From Guillardia theta CCMP2712 (Eukaryota > Protista > Cryptophyta): 35,582 nucleotides of DNA. The notes under the pieces were generated by a model. It was not told where the DNA came from. It saw only the letters and a list, made by a program, of their open reading frames with translations, and did no database searches. A program made the position numbers and the translations under genes. This document shows, piece after piece, positions 18,939 to 29,639 of the stretch; position 1 is the first letter of the stretch; each line of letters begins with the position of its first letter. The DNA is taken from NCBI RefSeq assembly GCF_000315625.1, contig NW_005434483.1:1-35582 (forward strand), given 5' to 3'.

Positions 18939-21645
18939 ATGGCGGGCTTGGAGGGAGTGCGGGGGAAGGAGGCGATGGGGAGGAGGGTGGCGCTAGGGGG
19001 GGGGAAGGTGAGGATAGGACGAGGAGCTGAGTGTGAGATCAGCTTGCAGTGGGACGGGATGTCTCGCACGCACGCCGTTATCGAGGGTGTGGGTCAGCCG
19101 TCCACCTTCGTCAACAGCGAAGGCGGGAAAATTTTCACCTCCTTCAGGATCCGAGACTGCGGGAGCTCCAACGGAGTCTTCGTGAACCAGGTGAAGGTGT
19201 CAGAGTGCCTGCTAAGAGACGGGGACGAGATCGGGTTCGGACGAGGCGCCTCGTTGCAGGAAGGGGAGGCCATACATAGCCGTCATGTCGAGTATGCGTT
19301 CCTGTTCCGGACGTTGAAGCTCCATGGCACGCCGGGAGGCTCTCGGGAGGGGCCAGCTGAAGCGTCCAAGGACGGGAGGATGTGCCCTCCCTGCAGATCC
19401 TTCCTCTACCCGCCCACTGCATGGGCTGATAAGAAGGACCTCCGGGAGTTTGCCAGGCCACCGCCAGCAGATTTGGAGCTGGACTGGGTGCATGGGTACC
19501 GGAGCGCAAGGCAGATCCTAGAGCCTAAGTCAGAGGCGAAGAAGGCAGGGCGATGCCTCCACCTCAACAACGCCAAGTTCCTCTCCCCCTCCTCCATCGC
19601 CTACCCGGCTTCCCGCTATGTTGTCATCTTCGACGTTGTCGAACGAACGCAGCGGTACTTCAAGGAGCACGACAACGACTGCGTCAGCCTCGCTGTTGCC
19701 GCCTCCAAGACCGTCGCTGCGTCTGGGCAGCTCGCGAGCTTCGAGGAGAGGAGCCCTCCTATCTACGTGTGGGACGTGTCCTCCTGCTCCGTACTGACCA
19801 AGTTGCGGGGCTTCCACAGGAACGCAGTGACTGCGCTTGCGTTCAGCCCGACGGAGCAGTTCCTGGCCTCGATAGGAGGAGACGACATGCACTCTCTGGC
19901 GGTGTACGACTGGGAGAAGAAGCAGCTGCTGTTCAGCGGCAACGGCTACGTGGAGGAAGTGTACGCCGTAGCCTTCAGCCCGTTCAATCTGGACGAGATC
20001 CTTCAGGTCGGGAACAAGCACATCAAGTTCTGGAGCCTCGAGGCCGAGAAGTCTGTCATGGCGACGTTCCGACAGGAGAAGAACGCCAAGGAAGGGCAGA
20101 AACGGACTGAACCCCAGCTCGTCGCCTGCTGTGCGTACACCGCTGAAGGGATGGCGATCTGCGGGCTAGAGGAGGGCCATATCGCCATGTACAGCAGGAC
20201 CAAGACCGGGAGGAACGAGTGCGTCGACCGCATCGACAACGCGCACGCAGCTCCTGTGCTTGCTCTGTGCGCGATGCAGAACGGGATCATCTCGTCTGGA
20301 CGGGACGGCTACGTGAAGGTGAGAAAAGTTGAGGAGGCGGGGACGGAAGAAGGGGGAGGAGGAGAGCAAGGGGAGAGGGGAGGAGAGAAAGAGCTGATGC
20401 TGTTCCGGCAAGGTGTGGGCACCTCCATCGACGATCACGGGGAGGAAGGAGGGCGGCAAGTCACGGGAGGGGACAAGGAGGAGCACAAGGGAGACGATGA
20501 CGACGAAACTCAAGGTTGACGTGAAGGGAGTCTTCCTCGGGGGGGCGCAGAGCACGACGGTGGTCACCAGCCTCGACTATCTCAAGGGGAACATCCTGTG
20601 CGGCTCCTCCTCCGGACAGATCTTCCTCATCGCCCTCAAGGACGGGTCCATCCAGCAGCTCGTGTCCACTCACTTCGCAGGCGTGACGGCGGTGGACGTC
20701 AGCCCCTACGGGGACTCCTACTACCTGACCGTGTCGGAGGACAAGACGATCAAGAGGTGGGACGTACATAGCAGGGAGCTCCAGCTCTCTGTCTACGTCG
20801 GCCTGCAGTGCACCAGCGTCTCCATCCATCCGTCGGAGTCGCTCTACGCGCTGGGTCACCGTCATGGCAACTTCACCGTCTGGGACGTGCCGCCGCTGCC
20901 GCAGGCCCCTCGCTGCCTCCTCAAGTCTTCACAGAGGAAGGAGGATGTGACGCAGGTACGCTTCTCCCCGGACGGTCGCTACCTCGCCGTCGCCAGCCGA
21001 GAGCAAGTCATCGACCTTTACAGCGTCGAGAGCGACTTCCGGCACGTGGGGACCTGCCGGGGGCACTCAGGAGCCGTCCAGCACGTGGACTTTTCCGCTG
21101 ACTCTCGCTGGCTCCGTTCCTCGTGCACTGCTGCGGAGCTTCTCTTCTGGGAAGTTCCAAGCTGCCGCCCCCAGGGACGCTCCTCCCTTCTCCGCGACGT
21201 CCCTTGGCACACCCGAACCGTCGTCTTCGACTGGTCCCTGTCCTCCATCTGGCCTCCTGCTGCCCTCGTCTCCAGCATCGACTCTGTCAACGTCAGCAAC
21301 GATCTTCTGCTCTGCGCGTCCGGCAACGACCGAGGCGAGGTGAAACTGTACCCCTTCCCGGCCATCGGCGACATGCAGGAGACGCAGCGCAACTGCAAGA
21401 GGCTTCTCCTCCACAGCTCGCACGTCCATGGCGTCGCCTTCACCAACGAGGACGGCTGGCTCATCTCCGTCTCCTCCGATGGGTCGGCGGCTCAGTGGCG
21501 CGTGAAGCGGGAGGGGAGCAACAGCGGCAGCAACAGGCGGGCGATTGTGTCGGAGTGGCACGAGGACGGAGGGATCAGGCAGCGGGAGATCTCGCGGCCC
21601 CCGAGGATGGGAACCTTCGCCAACCCGCACAGCCGGCACGTGTGA
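18939..21645 (+). CDS. FHA domain + HELP motif + WD40 tandem propeller (EML/EMAP-like); intron 20319-20412
   Basis: FHA: IGRG..MSRTHA..IRDCGSSNGVFVN..LRDGDEIGFG. HELP: PPPADLELDWVHGYRS. EML-type WD40: HDNDCVSLA, CRGHSGAVQHVDFSADSRWLRS, HSSHVHGVAF. Confidence 0.9.
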
Positions 21646-21680
21646 GGGCGGCAGCTACAGTTCGACCTCTTCATCTACAC

Positions 21681-23571
21681 TTAATACCAATTTCCCAGCT
21701 CCTCCCCGTCGCTGTTGTTGGACACCAGCAGCCCTCCGACTGAGCTCGCGTCTTCATCCAGCCAGTCTTCGTCCCCGAGGTCCTGCGACTGAGTGTCGCT
21801 GGCTGGGGGCACAAACGTCCCCACGTCCTCCGGCAGCAGCAGCGTCCCTCGCATCCCTCCGTCGCTCTCGCTCCCTCCTAGGTCGACCATGAAGCTGTCC
21901 GCAAACTTCTGCGCATTGGTGCTCAGCCCTGCCTCCAACTGCCCCTCCCCTGTCATCGGTTTCATCACGTCGCTGACACCTGCTGACCGTGGCCTCTCGG
22001 ACATCGGGGTTGACCCAGGCCCTGTTGCTCTCCCTGCTCCCACCATCTCCCCTCCTCCAGAGATCCTGCTGGGGTCCCTCCACGTGCCATCCCGCGAACT
22101 TCCGCCCTGTTCGCTGGGAGGACGATGAGCCCAACCTCCTCGTCCTCCTCTAGCCCCCTGCATGCTGATGGGATTTGCGGTTTTCACTGGGAGCATTCTA
22201 ATCCCCTGCTGTATCCTCTCTTGTTGTATCCTCACGTCTTGTATCCTCTCCTGTTGTATCCTCTCCTGTTGCATCCTCTCTTGTTGTATCCGTTCCTGTT
22301 GTATCCTCTCTTGTTGTATCCTCTCTTGTTGTATCCTCTCTTGTTGTATCCTCTCCTGTTGTATCCTCACGTCTTGTATCCTCTCTTGTTGTATCCTCTC
22401 TTGTTGTATCCTCTCTTGTTGTATCCTCTCTTGTTGTATCCTCTCCTGTTGTATCCTCTCCTGTTGTATCCTCTCCTGTTGTATCCTCTCTTGTTGTATC
22501 CTCTCCTGTTGTATCCGTTCCTGTTGTATCCCCGCCTGCTGAGCAACTGCTGGTACCCTTGGGGGCATGAACTCAGCCTGCCTGGCTCTCGCTTGCCCCA
22601 GCTGTTCAACCTTCACAGGGTACCCAGCCGGAGGGTCGCTCATGATTCTATCCTCCAGGCTCTTACTCCGCATGTCCAACTTCATGCCCTGCAGGAAACC
22701 CTGATGCACTTCGCGCTGCCTCCCCATCCAGCCCTCTCCTCCCCTCATCATCTGCCCACCGTCCATCGGACCAGGCGAGAACTGCCCGCCTCCCATTTGA
22801 CCGCTCCATGCCGCCTGGAGCATGCAAAGTCACACCGTGGAACAGCAGGGAGGAGGAAACATGTAAGAAGTAGAGGGCGGAGGGCGGAAAAGTAGAGGAT
22901 ACAAGACGACAAAGAAGAGATGAGGACGAGGAAGGGAGTGCTCACGAGCTTCTGCGGGGGATAGGCTCTTCGCATGGATGCATCCATGTACATCTCTCCC
23001 ATCTGCCCAGCAGGGAAGACGCCACCAGGTTCAACGTACATGCCTCCCATCCGTCCAGCTTCGTTGGGGAATCCATCCATACTCTCATAGTACCCAGCCT
23101 GCCGCGCAGGAGGCATGCTTGCCCCGAAGAATTTTCTCTCCTGACTTGGAAGCGCTGCCAAGAATCATCACTCCTGCTCCTGCTCCTGCTCCTGCTCATC
23201 TTCCTCCTCCCTTCCTTCTCCTCCTTCCCCATCCGTCTCCGCCCCTCTTCTCTCTTACCTCGGAACATGTTTGACGGCATAGATGCATTGGTCCTGTTGA
23301 CTGCACCCTGTGGTCCTGAATTTTGCACTTGACCACCAGCCTGCGCGGGGCAAACAGTCATGACCTTCCAGCTGCTGTTGACGTCACCTGATGCGCAGGA
23401 TAGTCAACGAGATGGTTCTGCTCGTCCTCCAGCTCCTGCAGGCCTCGTGAGTCGAGTCAGGCGCGCCTCCCCTCCGAAACCTGTGCCGACTTGCATTGCT
23501 CGGCCATGATGCGATGCACTAGCATGATCGTCGCGTACTTGGCCTGGCACTCGGCGTCAACGAGGAGGAGA

Positions 23572-23612
<41 letters not shown>

Positions 23613-26518
23613 AACTTCACCTGCTGGAGGGAGGCGAAACGAAGGCGCTGATTCACACAGATCGAAACAAACTCGTGGCTGTCCAATCAGTCAGCTTCGA
23701 GATCTCAAAGGCTACCCTGCACTTACCGATCGGACGCGACTGAGCTGGCAAGGAGAGGAGCAATGTCGGGAGAGCGGTTGACCTAGCGCAACATGAGGAG
23801 CCTGAGACACACAGCCTGTCTACCTCACCTTCGCCCCAGCAGGGAGCAGGTGGATGAGGAAGAACCTCTCCTGCAGCTGCTGCACTCTCTGCTGACCATG
23901 TCAGTCGACGAGGAACGGAGGCCGCACACTCGCCTCCATCAGCTTTGCCGTCTGCTGGTCCAGAGCCCGCAAGTCAGCATTCTGAAAAGCTGCAAGCAGG
24001 TCAGCCAGGGGGGCAGGAGCTGATGGTGTCGTACCGATCTCTGCCGCCATCTCCGCAGGGTCCAAGAGAGAGAGCGGAAAGTTACTCATCTGACCCGCCT
24101 GGAAAAAGAGGATTGAGCCTTTGCCTTCAAAGAAACGCCAAACCTGTCCAGCTTCGAATGACGCGATGATCCGTGCTTGCATGGCACTTTGTAGAAGGCG
24201 ATGATACCTGCCAGTCAAGAATGAGTTTCAACAGGAAAACACGTTGGTCAGGCAAGAAGAGATGAGGCCAGTACCAATGTGAGAGATGGAGAGACGCTCG
24301 GAGCCTCACGGCCAGACTTCGACTGGCAAAGATGTGGCTGTAGTAGGGATGACATCTTTGCTGTGAAAGTTGGAAATCAACCTGTTCTCTTCGGTGGGAG
24401 GAGGAACACGCATGTGCGCGTACTGGAAGCCCCTGGAAAACGAATCAAGTGAGCAATCGACAAGAAGCAGCTTGTAGGGGCGATGAGAGATAGAGTATGA
24501 TAATAAGGGGAGAGGCGAATCGTTACATGTTGCGGACATAATCGAAATATCCCAAGACTATCGCAGAGAGCAATGCCTGCAGCGCGAGAACCAGCTCGTT
24601 GAGAGACAAGGCTGCTTACATCCCACATCACTACCTGTCGTTCCTCCCCTTTTTCGGATCCATACAAAGGAACACTATCCACACACTAACAACCAACAAC
24701 TCAGTTTCCCGTAGTGTCTCTCACAAACTGATTTCACCTCGATGTATATTCTCCCCGAATGCTCTGGAGCACAACCCGGCCTGCGGCGGATTCAACAGAA
24801 TGTCAGAACTGATCACTTGTCCCTCCCCTGTCGACTTTTTGACTCTTTTCATGCTCGTCTCTTTCCTCCCTCCTCTCTCGCCTACCCGTACTCGTGGACG
24901 TACATCCCGAAGCACAAGACCATGTGGGGGCCTGCCCAGCAACACGCGATGACATACACGATGTCGAGCAAGAGAGACGGACCTGAATCCACGAGCTGGA
25001 AGGCAAAGATCGCCTTACATCGAAATGGCAGTCCTGACTGCCGCTCCACGTCGCCTTGGGACCGAAACTGAGGGACCGAAAGCATGCCCCAGCTTCTCTC
25101 ACCTTTGTTCGTCCGCAGGTTTCGCTGCCGCAGGACATCTCAAGGTTCCCATCAGTCACAAACGGCAGAATGGTGGCCCAGCAGATACCCGCAACAACTT
25201 TGATCAGGATGGGACGGGAGCAGATGGCTCGCTGGCATTCATGTCATGACGCTCCATTGATGGTTCACCTTTTCCTCTCACCGCTTTTTGCGTTAGAAAA
25301 GATCCTAACGGCGTGTCCATTAAGTACTCAGCAGTCGTGTACTGCAAGAACATCAACCAACTTTAGGTCGAGATCTCATGAGCACCTGCGAGAAGGGACC
25401 GAGCTGCCTGCCCAACTGGCAAGGTGTTACTTCAGTTTTGACAATCAAACGAAGGGACAGGATACCTGTCTACTCAGAATTGTCAAGTCCTCGTCGCTCA
25501 AATCTTTTTCATCCATCTGCAAGGCAATTGAGAATTTACTCGGTCCACGTTAGCAACAATCTCATACCTGTAAGCTATCAGGCATCACATTCGAACGTGG
25601 TGTAGTTGTTGATCCAACACCATCTATTGCATTTGTTTGTGAGAGAACTTTTTTCTTTGCTTTGTGTGCCGCCAAGGTCTCCAAAACCTTGCTTGCATTC
25701 TGATTGCCATAAACGGTCATCCCATCGGATCCAGTCATGTCTCTGTTCTGTGCCTCTTTGGACGGGAGCGATCGTTCTTCCTTCAGCAGGCTGCTGCTGA
25801 TCATGGCTTCGATGAGGAGAGTATGTCAAAGGAACAACGATACTGTGCTGATCTACAAAAGTCTTAATCACTTCTCCGAATCCCTCGGCTGAAAGTTTGT
25901 TCTCGACGTACTGCCTCACGCTGTAAATGAATTGACGATATGCAGAAATGGGCAGACGACGAACGAACTCGTAGAGCACCACTTGCAAGTAGTTGCATAT
26001 CTTCTTTGAGTTCTTTCCATCAATGCACTCAAGTTGGCGCCTCTTGATTTCTTGCAGCCTCTTTTGATGTTGAATAAGGTCTGTTTCAGTCTCCTTCTCA
26101 TCACAAAGCTCATGAGTGGGTGGTAGAGGTTCGACGTCCATGTCCTCCATCCCCTCCTGCAAATCATTCTCTTGCCCAATCCTACCATCACTGCTCTGAT
26201 CTGCTGATGAACCCTCAGGCTGTCCTCCACCTTCGTTGAAAAGTTTGTTCAGGATGCTGCTATGTGCGGCTATGCTCTGGAGGAATGAAATGAATTCTGC
26301 CGTTGGAAACTTATTCTCCTGAGAAAGATTCAGGGAGGTCAAGGGAGGAGGAGCCCACCTTCCAGCAGCTCAGACATGTCTCTGTCGCAAGTCGTGCCCC
26401 CGTCGGGAGCTCCTGAAGAACCTGGCAGACTCGTTAAAACAGTCTACATGGAGCAGCCGCGAGCAACCTCCCGAAGGATCTCGTCAGTCAAGGGATGAGG
26501 CAAAGCTTGATTGCTCAT
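21681..26518 (-). CDS. Divergent p300/CBP-type (KAT11) histone acetyltransferase-like protein, many exons, with N-terminal helical repeats and Gln-rich tail
   Basis: Collinear HAT blocks: LPFRCKAIFAFQLVD, LCFGMYVHEYGPGCAPEHSGRIYIECVDSV, RQALLSAIVLGYFDYVRNMGFQYAHMRVPPP, LSHWYHRLLQSA, KLMERVQQLQERFFLIHL, DRHEFVSICVNQRLRFASLQQAKYATIMLV. Joining of the 5' exons (25100-26518) to the HAT exons is less certain. Confidence 0.8.
22202..22530 (-). repeat. Coding 15-bp tandem repeat (QQERI)~21
   Basis: TGTATCCTCTC(T/C)TGT units on + strand, in frame in ORF 21681..22823(-); two QDVRI and one QQERM variants. Confidence 0.95.
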
Positions 26519-26611
26519 AGACTGAGCTGGCTCTGTCATTCTGCTCAAGTGAGCTTGTCTTGAAGCGCTGTCATCCGCATGTGGTGCAAAACCTGCTCAT
26601 TCGCTCAGCTG

Positions 26612-26711
26612 GTCAAAGGGGGCTGGTCACCCCCTTTGACGGTCAGATGCCTCATCAGATGGTTGTTCACTCATCAGTTGTGACTCATCAGTTGATGAGT
26701 CATCAACCATC
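26612..26711. promoter_or_regulatory. Cluster of inverted repeats and TGACTCA sites upstream of the HAT-like gene
   Basis: GTCAAAGGGGG-N7-CCCCCTTTGAC; TGACTCATCA-GT-TGATGAGTCA (26681-26702); CTCATCAG three times. Confidence 0.4.
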
Positions 26712-26721
26712 CTAAACCAAA

Positions 26722-26795
26722 CCATATGACACTACAGGCATGTGCCGAGGACAACCTTGTCTCAATGCTGATGCGCTCTCTCGCTAATACCCACT
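26722..26795 (+). mobile_element. Possible decayed Ty3/gypsy pol (RNase H C-terminus) remnant
   Basis: NADALSR encoded at 26764-26784, preceded in shifted frames by YD and RHVP, and followed by a stop. Confidence 0.35.
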
Positions 26796-27339
26796 GAACC
26801 AAAACCTCTCCAACGACAGCAGTTCAAAAAACCTTGTTCCCGTGCTCACAATGATCATGGCATCACGTCAGACAAATCTGTTCCTCGCTGCAACAACTCA
26901 AACGTGATTTTTCTCTGCAGCCCCTTCCCATCATGCGTCGGAATGGTAGTGGATATATGCTGCGCTGAAGTGCCACTGGACAGCTAGTTCAACAAGAAGG
27001 CTCGCTTCTCGAGTGCATCCTTCCTCTCTCTCTTGGCAGTTGCTAGTAAAACCTTTCTTACTTCTTCAGATGTGTGTGTCTCATACGATCCCTGCCGCTT
27101 CCTGCCCCCATCATCACCTTTCCGTCGCGAGGTCGTATCTCGCTCGCCTCCGTACCCTTTCCGATATCCCCTCTACCCTGCCCTCCTTGCTCTTCTCTTC
27201 TCTCCTCCCTCCTCCTCCTCTCATCGTCTACTTTCCTGCTCTGCTCTGCTCTGCTCTGCTCTGCTCTGCTCTCCCTCCTGTCCTCCTCCCGTCTCCTCCT
27301 CCCCGCCCCTCCGGCCTCAACGCCGCCAATCCAGCATGA

Positions 27340-27780
27340 AGGCCCGTTGACCCCTACCCTGTTACCACCTCCCCATTCTGCTTTTCAACTATGTACCCTA
27401 CCCTTCGATTTCTACCATTACAATGCAGTTTAACAGGTCTTTACAACCCCTATGTTTACTACCCACCCCACTTTACTTGCCCCATCGCTGTGTACCCCTG
27501 ACGAGGGGGTAAACGAGGACTTATCCTACCACCTGACCCAGTCTATCCACCCTACCCTTCCAGAGAAAAATTCACTACCCACCCCCAGATTTCACGACCA
27601 CCCTACCTTGTGAATGAACAGAACACACCAGGTACCCCTCCAGTTACCAAAACACAAAAACCTTCTTGATGACCCCTCCCGTACGGATTTCCCACATTAC
27701 CCCTACCCCCTTAAATACCCTTCTATCTCGGTAGTTGCTCACCACCCCTCCCATTGTCCATTTGGCCTCCACCTCGACCT
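27340..27780. other. ACCC/TACCC-rich non-coding tract followed by CCT-rich low complexity (to ~28160)
   Basis: Same vocabulary as 4140-4500; lies between divergent HAT-like and GNAT genes. Confidence 0.5.
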
Positions 27781-28468
27781 CCAGCCATGTTCACTATTGA
27801 CGCAAACGTTTCTTTCCCCCTTCCTCCTCCTCCTCCCACCGCCGCCCCTCCTTCTTCCCTTCCCCCTCCTCGCTTACCCCTCCCCCTCCTCTTCTCCCCT
27901 CTCCTCCTCTCCTCTTCGTATCCCCCCTCCTATCCCCTTCCTATCCCCCTCCTATCACCATCTTCGCCCTCCTCCTCTCCTCCTCGTCTCTTCTTCTCCT
28001 CCTCTACTTCTCTACTCCTCTATCCTCCTGATATCATCTTTGCCTACTCCTCTACTCCTCTACTCCTCTACTCCTCCTCGTGTTCCTGCGCTCCTCGATT
28101 TCTTCCTGTCGTCTGTTCCGCTCTCGTCTGTTTGCTTCGAGTTTTTCCTGTTTGTCTCCTCTCAACAACACTGCAACACATGCTTTATCAGCAGTCCATG
28201 ATCCTGAGAACCATCCCGCAGCTACCCATATTCCTCATTTTCGCTTCATGGTTGCAATAATGATGTTACCATTTTCAATGCTGGTGTTTTCGTTTTCGAC
28301 ATGTGATTTCTCTCCAAATTGATGTTATTGGGGTAGCCGTGGTCTTCTAAGAAATATTTGCTGTGTTAGCTCGGTGACTTGTTTTGCACAGGGATAGAGG
28401 AAGGGTTTGGAAGTTGTGTTCGTCGGCGGCAGATTGAAAGTTTTCCTAGCTGCAACCAGGATAGAAGG

Positions 28469-29614
28469 ATGAAGAACAATTTCTTGGTTGTCCTGCTGTG
28501 GGTGTCCTTCATTGAGAGCTCTGGATTCTTGTTCGCTCCCGTGTCTTTGAGGCATGAGCAGACCATACTGCCGACTGAGCCTTCCTGCCCTCCATGCTCT
28601 GTGAGGAGGAGAGGATTCGCCTCGGTGAGAAACAGCATTTTGTTGTTCAGCTGCGACGTCACAATGATGATCTTGGTGGTAGGTGGCGAGGAGCAGGTTG
28701 AAAGCGGCAACAGAGCTCAGGTCGACGGAGGGCAGCGAGCACAAGTCATCTCCTCCTTTCAGCGTTCGAGTCTTGCAGCCAGAGGATCTGACGACGTTGG
28801 TGAACAAGGACGGAGTGCTACCGAATCTCCTCGAGCCAGTTTCGCACTTCTGCTCCCAGGTGACCGGGGGATTTGCGTGCAGAGACGGGGCTGAGTGTTG
28901 ATGAGCAGATGCTCTATGGGTCCGATGCCCTCCACTACTCCGTGCTGGTGGACTTTCAGAGGAGTGAGTTGCATGAAGCTGCTGTTGCGCTGCTGACTGT
29001 ACCAAGGGTACGGGATGAACAGGAGGAGCCGGGGGACGTTCCTCATAGCGACCACTCGTGTCGTATCGCTAGAGGAGGGGAGCTGTACGCCCAGTCTACA
29101 GCAGGCAGGAAAGGAGGGCGAGGGAGAGGGCGAGGGCGAAGACGAGCAGGGAGCGAAGAAGAAGCATTTCGACGCTAGCAAGGGCATCGAGCTGGGGGGT
29201 GGCGAGCTGCTGATAGGATGTGCGGGGCTTGAAGTCTTGCCGCTGTTTGCCAACGGAGCGTATGCTCCTATATCGGGGGTGAGGACTGGTCCTGGTTACG
29301 AGAAGGAGCTGGAGGAGCTGCTGTACAGACCGCTGCTGTCCAACCTGGCTGTAGCGCAGGAGCACCGGGGGAAGGGAGTGGGGAAGGAGCTGATCAGGGA
29401 GTGCGAGGCTGAGGTGGTAAGGATGGGGTTCACGGAGCTGCTGCTCAAGGTGGACCATACCAACGAAGGGGCGTACAGGCTCTACCGAAGGCTCGGGTAT
29501 GAGGAGATGGAAGCGAACAGGTTGCAGGAGGACAAGTTCGTTGCGACGGAGGAGGGGGGGAAGTGGGAGAAGACGATTAACATTTCACTTAGGAAGTACC
29601 TTGGGGGGATCTAG
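28469..29614 (+). CDS. GNAT-family N-acetyltransferase, probably plastid-targeted, multi-exon
   Basis: LSNLAVAQEHRGKGVGKELI (motif A) and LLLKVDHTNEGAYRLYRRLGY (motif B); N-terminus MKNNFLVVLLWVSFIESSG-FLF is signal peptide plus Phe. Confidence 0.88.
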
Positions 29615-29639
29615 GTGTTAACGGGAAAGAATATGACTC

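Noticed and set aside
22125-22895. Plus-strand (YPLLL)n and (CCILS)n ORFs
   Set aside because: Antisense frames of the QQERI repeat; the minus-strand frame joins the HAT-like gene.
27614-28322. Pro/Leu/Ser-rich ORFs
   Set aside because: Translation of CCT/CT low-complexity DNA.
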